Part shown: positions 18,402 through 27,573 of the stretch, piece after piece | Layout: each line of letters starts with the position of its first letter | Numbering within the stretch: the stretch's first letter is position 1 | Source of the DNA: Pseudomonadota bacterium | GTDB taxonomy: Bacteria; Bdellovibrionota; Bdellovibrionia; Bdellovibrionales; SG-bin7 | Assembly: GCA_034439715.1 (NCBI GenBank) | Contig: JAWXAY010000100.1 | Span: forward strand, 1 to 64,000 | Direction: 5' to 3' | Length of the DNA: 64,000 nt | Position numbers and translations under genes: made by a program | Notes under the pieces: model-generated | Told to the model about the DNA's origin: nothing | Database searches by the model: none | Seen by the model: only the letters and a program-made list of their open reading frames with translations

Positions 18402-19092
18402 AATTCGCAAGTCCGAAGAACGTGGGCGCTTAAAGTTAAATTGGCTGCAGGCACGCTATAGCTTTTCATTTGCAAATTACCACAATGCTGAATACTCAGG
18501 TTTTCGTGACCTGTTAGTTTTAAACCAAGATATTGTGAGTCCTTCAGGCGGTTTTTCAACTCATGCTCATAGTGACATGGAAATAGTGACATTTATTATC
18601 CGAGGCACGCTTGAACACAAAGACAGTATGGGCAACAAAGAGCAAATCCATGCTGGTGAAGTTCAGCGTATGAGCGCGGGGACCGGAATTACACACAGCG
18701 AGTATAATGCTTCGGACGTAGAGGAGCTTGAGCTGTTACAAATATGGATATTACCGAGTAAATTACATTTAATACCAAGTTATGAGCAAAAACAAATCAA
18801 AGACTTTAAATCTGAGGGACCAGAAAAATTGTTGGTGTCCCCAGCGGGTGAGTTCAGTTCGTTAAAAATAAATCAAGATGTTAAATTTTTTGAGATCGCG
18901 CTAAAAAAAGGCGAAGCATGGGAGCGGCCCATAGATGCCGAAAGAGGAAACTGGATTCAGGTGATTAAGGGTGACGTGAACATTAATGATCTGAATATCA
19001 AAACAGGCGACGGGGTTCTGGTTGAAAAAGAAGAGAATCTTAGTTTTAGAGCCCAGACCGAAGTTGAACTTTTGCTCTTGGATTTGTGTTAG
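18394..19092 (+). CDS. Pirin family protein (YhhW-like)
   Basis: F.THAH.DMEI, HKDSMGN, MSAGTGITHSE, LLQIW. Confidence 0.93.
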   Translation: MIKIRKSEERGRLKLNWLQARYSFSFANYHNAEYSGFRDLLVLNQDIVSPSGGFSTHAHSDMEIVTFIIRGTLEHKDSMGNKEQIHAGEVQRMSAGTGITHSEYNASDVEELELLQIWILPSKLHLIPSYEQKQIKDFKSEGPEKLLVSPAGEFSSLKINQDVKFFEIALKKGEAWERPIDAERGNWIQVIKGDVNINDLNIKTGDGVLVEKEENLSFRAQTEVELLLLDLC

Positions 19093-19817
19093 TTCGTGCT
19101 TTTTCCGCAGTTCATATTTGCAGGCAATGCTACGTCAATTTGCGCAGGGTAATCTAATTTTAAATTTTTCATTATTTCAACAAACTGTTCCTTGCTGTTG
19201 CTGGTTTTAAGCCGCGGATTATATTTTTTTTCTTCAGCAATTGTTGAAACAGTCATTCCCATATAATTGTGGGCGGGGAAAATTAGAGTTTCATTAGGTA
19301 ACGTAAATAGTTTTTTGTTTATATTGTCATACATGTTTTCTGGAGAGCCTTGTTGAAAATCAGTGCGACCACAGGCGCGAATCAATAGGGTGTCCCCTGT
19401 AAACACCATTCCAAAAATCGAATCTACTAAATAAAATGAAGTGCAGGCACCAGTATGTCCAGGAGTAGAAATTACTTTTAGTGAATGTCGTCCAAATTTA
19501 ATCAGATCTCCTTCCTTAAATGTCTGATCGGCGTTTTTTACTCTAGCCTCGATACTGACCATTATTTTACACTGAGTGGAGTTTTTTAGCTGTGATGCGC
19601 CGGTCACGTGATCGGCATGAATGTGAGTTTCTAGAGTATATAAAAGCTTTATACCCAGTTCATTGATGATTCTGAGATCCCGCTCGTGTTGCTCTATGAC
19701 AGTATCAATGATGAGGCCTTCAAGAGTCTCTTTGTCTGCTAAAAGATAAGTGTAGGTAGAGCTAGTTTTATCAAAAAGTTGGCGAAAAATAAGTGATTTT
19801 GAGTCTGGACACATCAC
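19089..19817 (-). CDS. Persulfide dioxygenase (ETHE1-type MBL fold)
   Basis: FRQLFD..SSTYTYLL, THIHADHVTG, PGHT, GDTLLIR.CGRTDFQ, PANMNCG. Confidence 0.92.
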   Translation of the reverse strand: MMCPDSKSLIFRQLFDKTSSTYTYLLADKETLEGLIIDTVIEQHERDLRIINELGIKLLYTLETHIHADHVTGASQLKNSTQCKIMVSIEARVKNADQTFKEGDLIKFGRHSLKVISTPGHTGACTSFYLVDSIFGMVFTGDTLLIRACGRTDFQQGSPENMYDNINKKLFTLPNETLIFPAHNYMGMTVSTIAEEKKYNPRLKTSNSKEQFVEIMKNLKLDYPAQIDVALPANMNCGKSTN

Positions 19818-19925
19818 GGCCTCCCCTATTTATTTAGTAAACAGTAAATCCAACTTTATTGAAACTGAATTGTTGACAATAAGCTTTCAAATGAGGATGA
19901 AGTACACTGCTAAAAGGGAGTATAT

Positions 19926-20894
19926 ATGCCGGGTCCAATCTCGAATTTTATTGACCACCACTATCGACATTTCAATGCGGCGAGCCTAAGAGACGCTTCT
20001 ATAGCTTATAATTCTCATCTTGCGAAGGGCGGTAAGATGTTTATGACTTTGGCAGGTGCGATGAGTACCGCTGAGCTAGGCTTAACACTGGCCGAAATGA
20101 TAAGACAGGGTAAAGTTCACGCAATTAGTTGTACCGGAGCCAATCTTGAAGAAGACGTCTTTAATTTGGTGGCGCACGATCACTATGAGCGAATTCCTAA
20201 TTACCGCGATTTAACTCCTGACGACGAAGAAAAGCTTCTTAAAAAACACTTTAATAGAGTTACTGACACTTGTATTCCCGAGGCCGAGGCCATTCGCCGC
20301 ATCGAGAGCCACATAATGAAGTTATGGGTGGCAAATTCCAAGGCGAAAACAGGACTTCTGCCTCATGAGTATTTTTACCAATTGATTCGAGAAGAAACGC
20401 TGGTAAAATCATACCAAATTGACCCTAAAAATTCTTGGATGGTCGCCGCCGCACAAAAGAATCTACCCATTTTTGTTCCAGGTTGGGAAGACTCCACCCT
20501 CGGAAATGTTTTTGCCGCTCGCTGTATCGAAGGTAAAATCGATCGTTCGGCCATGAAAACCGGGATCGATTATATGATCGAGCTAGCGAAATGGTATCAA
20601 CAAGCAATTACTCCCCAAGGTATTGGCTTTTATCAGATAGGTGGCGGCATTGCCGGTGACTTTCCGATTTGTGTCGTTCCTATGCTTGAACAAGATTTAG
20701 AAAAAAACGTTCCCAAGTGGTCCTACTTTTGCCAAATCAGCGATTCAACAACTAGTTACGGATCTTATTCTGGCGCGGTACCAAATGAAAAAATTACTTG
20801 GGGCAAATTATCTAAAGAGACACCCAAATTTATTATTGAATCAGACGCCTCTATTGTGGCACCGCTGATGTTCTCTTATATAATGGGAATGTAG
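19926..20894 (+). CDS. Deoxyhypusine-synthase-like protein (probable homospermidine synthase, SpeY-type)
   Basis: LAGAMSTAE, TGANLEED, GSYSGA.PNEKITWGK with the catalytic Lys. Confidence 0.88.
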   Translation: MPGPISNFIDHHYRHFNAASLRDASIAYNSHLAKGGKMFMTLAGAMSTAELGLTLAEMIRQGKVHAISCTGANLEEDVFNLVAHDHYERIPNYRDLTPDDEEKLLKKHFNRVTDTCIPEAEAIRRIESHIMKLWVANSKAKTGLLPHEYFYQLIREETLVKSYQIDPKNSWMVAAAQKNLPIFVPGWEDSTLGNVFAARCIEGKIDRSAMKTGIDYMIELAKWYQQAITPQGIGFYQIGGGIAGDFPICVVPMLEQDLEKNVPKWSYFCQISDSTTSYGSYSGAVPNEKITWGKLSKETPKFIIESDASIVAPLMFSYIMGM

Positions 20895-21061
20895 AAAAAG
20901 AAAAAATCTTCGCATTAAATAAAACTGACTGATTCCATTGAGGCTCCCTTGACGCACCCATGACGCATCGGTAGAGCATTTTTTCGCAAAAATTCTGTAA
21001 GTCTTTCAGATTAAATAAAACTTCAATTCGATTTTCCAAAGACTTACATAGAAATAATATT

Positions 21062-21077
21062 TGGTATTAAACTTGCT
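21062..21077 (+). promoter_or_regulatory. Putative sigma54 promoter
   Basis: TGGTAT-TAAAC-TTGCT (GG-N10-GC) 32 nt before ATG 21110. Confidence 0.5.
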
Positions 21078-21109
21078 GATACCCTTTGCAATATTAATCA
21101 GGGGGTAAA

Positions 21110-22426
21110 ATGAAAAATATTCTAATTGTGTCTTCTTTAATTTCTATTTTGGTTCTTTCGGGCTGTAGTCGGAGTGGAAAGCCAAGACCGGGAAAAATTG
21201 ACCTAAATGATATTCAAAAATCAACTCTAACTTCAGAGCAAAAAGCTGAAAAGATGGCGTTGGCTGGAGAACAGCTGGTGTCGCCGGTTTCCTTTATGTA
21301 TGCGGATTATGTTTTTGATCAAGCGCTAGTACAAGATTCCAAAAACTTTCGCGCTCAGTTTTATAAAGCGTTGCTTGCTCAGGTTGTTGTTTATCGCGGG
21401 ATAGTGAAAAGAGTTGAGCCGTATATAAAAACTCAAAGCACTAAAGTAGAGCAAAATCGTTATGATCGTTGGATCAAAAACCAGCCGAACAGCGGTTTGA
21501 AAAGCTTTTTGCTAGATAATAGTAATTTGCCGGATATTAAGGATGAAAAATCGTTTCAAGCGTTCTTGGATACAGTAACTGCGGGTTATGAAACCTACAG
21601 AACATTTTTAAAGACTAACAAGAACAGTATGAATTTAACCTTAAACGTAAATGATTCCAAAGAAATTTCACGTAGAGTCAAAGCGGGCAAAGAGGAATGT
21701 TCTTGGAAAAATCCTGAACCAGGTATCTATGATCCAAGTGAGTGTGTATTAACAGATGTACTAGAAATTAAGGTTGACCAAGCTGATGCCGAAGTCATGC
21801 AACAAGTGGCTGCCGGTATGGAAATGTACCATATCATGTTGAACTCTTATGACATGAGCGGTCTCATTAATGCCAATAAAGTACTTCCAGAAAACGCCAC
21901 ACCCGCACAAATATTTGCTTACCTTAATCAGATTCCTGATTTTGGTCAGCTGCGAAGCGAACAAAAACTAGGACGCGTAACAGAAATGGGAAGCGATGTA
22001 GTTGCCGGCATGAAGTATGCCATGGAAAATTACAAAATGCTTTGCCCCGAGGGTACTCACACTGAAAAAGCCCGTAAGGGACATATCATTGAGAATTCTA
22101 TCTGTATGTATGATGTTAATGTGCCTGATTCAAAAAACCGTGTTGAAAAACTTATTGCCAGCATGACTCAAATATTAGGTGGCGGTGTAGTTTTAGGAAA
22201 AGTTGGCCATGATATTCGCGATGACAGTATTGTAACGGCGAACTTTAACTATACGGCTTTGCTTAAAAATCCCGTTCAGGATTTGAAAAAGCAATTCCCC
22301 ACTTCTTTTAACAGGTGCGGAAATCCGGTAGCTTTAGCTGATAAAACCATGGGTGGATTATATGCCGATGGCGACGCTGAAGATAAATTGACTCGCACCG
22401 GAAAACTCGGCGCTAGTTGTGAATAA
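21110..22426 (+). CDS. Hypothetical lipoprotein with TPR-like N-terminus
   Basis: Lipobox LSGC; A...FDQAL..DSKN.RA.FY helix pair; several paired Cys. Confidence 0.75.
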   Translation: MKNILIVSSLISILVLSGCSRSGKPRPGKIDLNDIQKSTLTSEQKAEKMALAGEQLVSPVSFMYADYVFDQALVQDSKNFRAQFYKALLAQVVVYRGIVKRVEPYIKTQSTKVEQNRYDRWIKNQPNSGLKSFLLDNSNLPDIKDEKSFQAFLDTVTAGYETYRTFLKTNKNSMNLTLNVNDSKEISRRVKAGKEECSWKNPEPGIYDPSECVLTDVLEIKVDQADAEVMQQVAAGMEMYHIMLNSYDMSGLINANKVLPENATPAQIFAYLNQIPDFGQLRSEQKLGRVTEMGSDVVAGMKYAMENYKMLCPEGTHTEKARKGHIIENSICMYDVNVPDSKNRVEKLIASMTQILGGGVVLGKVGHDIRDDSIVTANFNYTALLKNPVQDLKKQFPTSFNRCGNPVALADKTMGGLYADGDAEDKLTRTGKLGASCE

Positions 22427-22799
22427 TAATAAAATTCAGGGATTAAGGTGTATAGCCTTAGTCCCTTTATTTTTTGTATTATTTTTTTCTATTAAAAAGG
22501 CTTTTGCGGGCAGTGGTGAAATTACGCCATTGGTTTTAAAAGGCTGTTCTCAAGCTACTTGTTATGAGGTCATAACGCAAAAAGGACTTTCTGCTCGCTC
22601 CGTACCACTGATTTATTTTTTGGGAAAAGTTGAGCTAAGAGTTTTTAAATCTAAGAGTCGCGAAACAATCTTACGTCAATCAGGTCAATCGGGATATTTC
22701 GACCCCATTTCTAACATTATAGTGATTCGTAATATCAAAGGCCATGCCTTTAATGAGATACTCTTTCAAATTGAAAGAGGCGTCGTCACAAAATTTTAG
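22419..22799 (+). CDS. Secreted hypothetical protein
   Basis: Overlaps the previous stop; signal peptide ending AFA. Confidence 0.55.
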   Translation: MNNNKIQGLRCIALVPLFFVLFFSIKKAFAGSGEITPLVLKGCSQATCYEVITQKGLSARSVPLIYFLGKVELRVFKSKSRETILRQSGQSGYFDPISNIIVIRNIKGHAFNEILFQIERGVVTKF

Positions 22800-23970
22800 A
22801 TTTAAGACTAAAACAAAATTCTTTCGGCAGTTCCTGCAGATTATAAGTCGATGCCATTGAAAATCCATAGGCGCCAGTGTCTCGAACACAAAGGATATCG
22901 CCTTGGTGCAGAGGCGACAGGAGCCTTGCTGTAGCTAAGAAGTCAGAAGACTCGCAAATGGGTCCTACTATATTATATTTTATCTTTCTCCCCGCGTGAG
23001 GTCTAAGTGGCAATATTCGATGATAAGCCTGATAAAGCGCGGGTCGAATCAAGTGATGCATGCCCGTATCCACTATGGCAAAATTTATTGGTCCATTATT
23101 TTTTAAATACTGAATCTCGGTGACGAGCAGGCCACATCTCCCCACTAATATTCGGCCAGGTTCGAGCATGACTTCGACGTCAAGATTTTTAAAGGCTTGG
23201 TTCACAAGCTTTGTGTACTGTTTGATTCTAACGTGATCCTTATGGCCTTCTTGATAATAATCAATGCCAAGTCCACCGCCGATATCAATTCTTTCGATTA
23301 AAAAACCTTCCATTCGCATTTTTTTGTAGAGTTCAATCACTTTTTTAAAGGCTTCAGAAAAAGCGCCTAGGCTGGTAATTTGTGAGCCTATATGAATGCT
23401 GAGACTACGCAGCTTTAAATACTTAGTATTGTCGCGGAGAAGTTTTTTAATATTTGTAAGATCGCTAATATTAATTCCAAACTTATTCTTTCGGATGCCT
23501 GTTGTGATATAAGGATGCGTTTTAGCGTTAATGTTGGGATTGATCCTTAGGCCCACTTCTGCTGGATGACCCAATTGTTTAGAGATCATAAGAATTCGTT
23601 CGAGTTCTTGTAAGCTTTCGACATTAATTTGTTTAATCTTTTTTTGAATTGCCAGGCGCAGATCGGTTTTGGTTTTACCCACTCCAGAAAAAATAATTTG
23701 CTCTGGTTTAAAGCCAACTTTAATGGCGCAAGCCAACTCGCCGCTTGAAACGACATCGACCCCACACCTATTTTGCCTCATAAGTTGTAAAATCTCAGGA
23801 TTGGCATTTGCCTTCATGGCGTAATGTACCGTGGCTCGCTTTAGCCTAATACCACTTTTAAGCAGACGAATGCGCTGATTAACAGACTCTAAATCATAAA
23901 GGTAAAAGGGAGTGACATGGGTTTTAAGTAAACGCTCAATTATATTACGATGCTTTAATGAGACAGACAC
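22786..23970 (-). CDS. lysA: Diaminopimelate decarboxylase
   Basis: YAMKAN (PLP Lys), FSGVGK, THPYITTG..NKFG, HIGSQ, EPGR, CESSD, GAYG; GGAG RBS before GTG. Confidence 0.95.
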   Translation of the reverse strand: MSVSLKHRNIIERLLKTHVTPFYLYDLESVNQRIRLLKSGIRLKRATVHYAMKANANPEILQLMRQNRCGVDVVSSGELACAIKVGFKPEQIIFSGVGKTKTDLRLAIQKKIKQINVESLQELERILMISKQLGHPAEVGLRINPNINAKTHPYITTGIRKNKFGINISDLTNIKKLLRDNTKYLKLRSLSIHIGSQITSLGAFSEAFKKVIELYKKMRMEGFLIERIDIGGGLGIDYYQEGHKDHVRIKQYTKLVNQAFKNLDVEVMLEPGRILVGRCGLLVTEIQYLKNNGPINFAIVDTGMHHLIRPALYQAYHRILPLRPHAGRKIKYNIVGPICESSDFLATARLLSPLHQGDILCVRDTGAYGFSMASTYNLQELPKEFCFSLKSKIL

Positions 23971-23982
23971 TTCTTCTCCCTA

Positions 23983-24036
23983 GGTCCAGATAGTCCAGAT
24001 GGGCTAGTTGGTCCAGATAGTCTAGATGGTCTAGTA
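23983..24036. repeat. Six degenerate 9-bp tandem units (two 27-bp copies)
   Basis: ggtccagat agtccagat gggctagtt ggtccagat agtctagat ggtctagta. Confidence 0.85.
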
Positions 24037-24105
24037 AGAATGTAAGCGAGGTATATAAACATATCCTTGATAATGATATTCTTGTTTGCTTAAGTCTATA
24101 CACAA

Positions 24106-24726
24106 ATGAAAAATACCTTGAAGATATTTGGCAGCAACCGAACTCGTGCACTCCGATGTTATTGGTTGCTTGAAGAGATGGGCGTACCGTATGAGTCCAT
24201 CCCCGTTGATTTGGCGAAACGCGAAAATCAATCTACAAAGTTTATAGAACTTAATCCCTACGGCAAAGTACCTGTAATGCTTGACGGCGATTTTATGTTG
24301 GCTGAGTCAGGCGCAATCTTAACTTACCTATCTGAGAAACATAGCACTGGTAAACTAATTCCGCACCCAGGCACCTGGGAGCGCGGCAAATACAATCAAT
24401 GGATGTTTTTTGCGATGAGTGAGATGGATGCCTATCTTTGGACCATCAACCGCCACGCCAGCCTATATCCAGAAGAGAAACGATCTCCCCAAGCAATTGA
24501 AATGGCCAAAGGGGAGTTTTCTAAATCCCTAGAGGCAGTACACCAAACTTTGGCTCAGCATCAATTTATTCTAGGTGCTGAATTTACCACAGCTGACATC
24601 TTAGTCGGTGCAGTTTTAGCTTGGGCTAAGGCCTTAAAGATAGATTTAGAATATGCCCGCCTCGATGAATACGTGGCGAACCTCAAAAACCGCCCGGCCT
24701 TTAAAAAAGCGTTGGGGAAAAGTTAA
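24106..24726 (+). CDS. Glutathione S-transferase
   Basis: TRALRCYWLLEE, LNPYGKVP, ESGAILTYL, FT.ADI. Confidence 0.93.
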   Translation: MKNTLKIFGSNRTRALRCYWLLEEMGVPYESIPVDLAKRENQSTKFIELNPYGKVPVMLDGDFMLAESGAILTYLSEKHSTGKLIPHPGTWERGKYNQWMFFAMSEMDAYLWTINRHASLYPEEKRSPQAIEMAKGEFSKSLEAVHQTLAQHQFILGAEFTTADILVGAVLAWAKALKIDLEYARLDEYVANLKNRPAFKKALGKS

Positions 24727-25679
24727 CGGCATAAAAAATAATGAGTAAAAATCGGTGAGTTTTTTAGTACTGGAAAATCTATCGGCGGCGAAATTATTTT
24801 TACCTCTTTGAAGGTCAGTGATAGAGGCTTCAGAAGCTTACTGATGTTCGTATTTTGAAAATTGGTAGAGAAAAGAAATTGCGCATTAGGGTTAGCGATT
24901 TTTTTACATGATTCTACTAAGGCAGCCCATTCTTTTTCGACATCAAAGACGCCATGCTTTTTATCTCCGCTAGCAAAAGTCGGGGGGTCGCAAATAATTA
25001 AATCAAATTTAAGCGAAGGGTCTTTTACTATTTTATTTTCTTGCCGCTTGAGCCACTGGCGAACGTCATCGCAATAAAAGAAAGCTCTCTTATTAGCGTT
25101 TAAATTTTCAATATTATTGAGAGCTAGATTTTTTTCACTCCATTTTAAAACAGATTTTGCAATGTCAACAGAATGCACGCTTTCGGCTCCTCCCAGAATT
25201 GCTGCGACCGAAAAAGAAGAAGTAAAACAAAATAAATTTGCGACACGGGTTCCCCGCGAATTTTCAAACACCCAGCGACGGTTATCCCGTTGGTCTAAAA
25301 AAAGACCGGTGTGTTGCTTTTCTGTTAACGTGACTTCAAACTGAATTCCTTTTTCTTGCACGGTAAACCAGGTTGGGGGTTTTTCAAGAACCACCTTCTG
25401 CACGCTTATTAGGCCTTTTTCATGGGGGTTTTTTTGTGGAAATTTAATGACGCCGCCCAAAGAGTGATAAGTTGTGACAACGAGTTCAACTAATTCATCA
25501 AGGAGTTTTTGGGATTTAGGACTTGCCTGGTAGCTCCAAATCAAAAACCAATTTCCGTAAATTTCTACTGAAACATCAAGGGATTGCCATTCGCCACGAT
25601 GTAGTGCGCGAAAGGCGGTGGTTTTGGAGAGATCTAGCTTTTTTCGCAGGTTAAAGGCAGTTATGAGGTCACTATTCAT
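24723..25679 (-). CDS. Class I SAM-dependent methyltransferase, RlmI/RlmK-like
   Basis: HTGLFLDQRDNR, NLFCFT..FS, FDLIICDPPTF. Confidence 0.85.
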   Translation of the reverse strand: MNSDLITAFNLRKKLDLSKTTAFRALHRGEWQSLDVSVEIYGNWFLIWSYQASPKSQKLLDELVELVVTTYHSLGGVIKFPQKNPHEKGLISVQKVVLEKPPTWFTVQEKGIQFEVTLTEKQHTGLFLDQRDNRRWVFENSRGTRVANLFCFTSSFSVAAILGGAESVHSVDIAKSVLKWSEKNLALNNIENLNANKRAFFYCDDVRQWLKRQENKIVKDPSLKFDLIICDPPTFASGDKKHGVFDVEKEWAALVESCKKIANPNAQFLFSTNFQNTNISKLLKPLSLTFKEVKIISPPIDFPVLKNSPIFTHYFLCR

Positions 25680-25768
25680 AGGTAATGGCGCACTCTGTAA
25701 TAGGTCAGGAGATTTAATTTCATTTTTCTAAAAAGAATGCAACAGTATTATGTAAATGAGGAGGAATC

Positions 25769-26329
25769 ATGAAAAAATTAGTTTTAATTATCGGGATGTT
25801 GTTTCCAGCTTTAGGTTGGTCCGCTACCGCTTATGACGTCTGTGATAATGTGAATAAGCAAGTGCCTTCCAAAGGCGCTGAATGCCACCAAATTATCAAT
25901 CAGGCGAAATCAATCGATAATACTGCTATTGAGCCATGCCATATTATATCATTTCGTGATCCCATTTCCGCGGTTCAATGTATTTCGGCGATGATAAACA
26001 ATATTTACGATTTGGGCGCGGTCAGAACTTGTGTAGTAGTAGCGCGGCGCAATCCCACAGATGTGCCAGCCTGTATGATCGCTGCAGCCAATAAAACTTA
26101 TACTCCAGAAGCCGCCTACGCCTGTCAGCGCGACGCCACGAACGATACAAAGGCAGGTATTAGTTGTCTTGAAACTCGCGGTACTCCCAATAACAAGGGC
26201 ACGTGTCCGCCAATTCAAGAAATTCGTGACTCAGTAAAAACTGGTATCGACCTTATTAAAAATAAGACTGACGACAAAGCCCTAGTTGAACTCGAGCTTT
26301 TATTGGAAAAGTTGGCTAGCTGTTCGTAA
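25769..26329 (+). CDS. Secreted Cys-rich tandem-repeat protein
   Basis: GAGGAGG RBS; signal peptide; four A-x3-C-x13-C repeats. Confidence 0.8.
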   Translation: MKKLVLIIGMLFPALGWSATAYDVCDNVNKQVPSKGAECHQIINQAKSIDNTAIEPCHIISFRDPISAVQCISAMINNIYDLGAVRTCVVVARRNPTDVPACMIAAANKTYTPEAAYACQRDATNDTKAGISCLETRGTPNNKGTCPPIQEIRDSVKTGIDLIKNKTDDKALVELELLLEKLASCS

Positions 26330-26334
26330 ATCTC

Positions 26335-27474
26335 TTAATCTTTTCCTGGAAAGGTCACATCTTTTAATTTGGGATTTATCAATAAATCAATGACGGCTCT
26401 ATAGTTAACCGAAAGCTGCGGACATTTTTTTGAGATATGTTCTTTAATCGCTGCGCCCTCTTTGGGATTTAAACTGAGGCCCCAACGAAATTTTACATTA
26501 AGCCATTCCTCTAAATAATCACATTGATACGTTATGTTTGAGGGCAAATATTGCCCAGGGTGTTTAGCGCCCTTTCGGCGATTTTCGCTAGCGCTCACCG
26601 TCTGCAAATGAAATGGATCTTTGGAGTAATTTGCGTAATCCTCTTTTTTTACCTGATTCCAGCGCCAGCCTCCTGACATGTAAGCATTGGCTAAGGGCAC
26701 CGTATGATCGATGTCGACGCTTGCGGGGCCTCGTAAAGTTTTATTGGAGTAAGGATCTAACCACTTTCCATCCTGTGCCTTACAGCCCTTTGATTTATAG
26801 GAACTTGCCACGTCACGTGCGAGAGTGTTCGTGCGCGAATCACATCCCCCCATTATTCGACTCCAATGCGGAAACTGATCTCGATTATAGGTTTCAAGCT
26901 GCACACACTCAGAGAGCCATTCAGAGGTTTTTAAGAGCTCATTTCGTTCAGCGCCAAGTGCCCACCTGTCTCGAGCATCTTGCCACTGAGCCACAATCTG
27001 ACAGCGATACCGAATGTCATCGGGCACAACATAAAGACCAACTTCGTTCTGCAGATATTGTTGTTCGCCGGCTTTTTCTTTTCGAAGAACAATCATTTGA
27101 TCCCAATCATGAACAAAGGCCATGGTTTTATGAAGTGACCAAGCCGTGTTTGAGTTTTTCTTAGCATAGGTTAAAGGAACCACAGTCGTTACGATTGCTT
27201 CTCTAGCGTTTGTGAATTCTTCTTGGGTCATTGAATCCACCCAAAGTCCTGACTTTACGTGACATTTTTTGCCCTCCTTTTTGTCCCAAGTTACTTTTTT
27301 AGAACTCATACGTTCTAAAAATTGATCCTTGGTGCTGACGCAGCCTTCGAGATCATAGGGCCAAAAGGCCGAAGTAAACGCTGCGGGCATCGGAATAGGA
27401 TTGAATTCATTTTCTGGTCCAGAGGTAGCACAGCCTAAAGTAGAGACGATCGAAAGAGCAGCTATTAATTTCAT
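26335..27474 (-). CDS. Lipoprotein with C-terminal HNH nuclease (DUF1524-like)
   Basis: Lipobox LGC; YNRDQFPHW, CDSR...L.RD, W.DPY, DIDH.VPL..A..SG, N..KG, YL..W..VK..WGL. Confidence 0.82.
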   Translation of the reverse strand: MKLIAALSIVSTLGCATSGPENEFNPIPMPAAFTSAFWPYDLEGCVSTKDQFLERMSSKKVTWDKKEGKKCHVKSGLWVDSMTQEEFTNAREAIVTTVVPLTYAKKNSNTAWSLHKTMAFVHDWDQMIVLRKEKAGEQQYLQNEVGLYVVPDDIRYRCQIVAQWQDARDRWALGAERNELLKTSEWLSECVQLETYNRDQFPHWSRIMGGCDSRTNTLARDVASSYKSKGCKAQDGKWLDPYSNKTLRGPASVDIDHTVPLANAYMSGGWRWNQVKKEDYANYSKDPFHLQTVSASENRRKGAKHPGQYLPSNITYQCDYLEEWLNVKFRWGLSLNPKEGAAIKEHISKKCPQLSVNYRAVIDLLINPKLKDVTFPGKD

Positions 27475-27529
27475 GAATTGATTTCGGGAGGCTGTTAAAG
27501 ATTATGAAATCAATTTGGGTCCAGAATAT

Positions 27530-27560
27530 AAAAAGGCGAACTTTTCAGTTCGCCTTTTTT
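27530..27560 (-). terminator. Rho-independent terminator of hppA (bidirectional shape)
   Basis: AAAAAGGCGAAC / GTTCGCCTTTTT inverted repeat with T-tracts on both strands. Confidence 0.85.
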
Positions 27561-27573
27561 AAGGCCAGGTACT

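Noticed and set aside
23945..24151. 68-aa ORF with LDHLDYLDQ repeats, or a CRISPR-like array
   Set aside because: The ORF overlaps both lysA and GST and simply reads through the 9-bp repeat; the units have no spacers and no cas genes are present
26613..27164. 183-aa plus-strand ORF and the many other short antisense ORFs in the track
   Set aside because: Fully nested opposite well-supported genes, with no recognisable motifs or RBS; treated as shadow ORFs
26335..27474. GmrSD restriction system or homing endonuclease
   Set aside because: Lipoprotein signal present; no DUF262 domain; no intron or intein context
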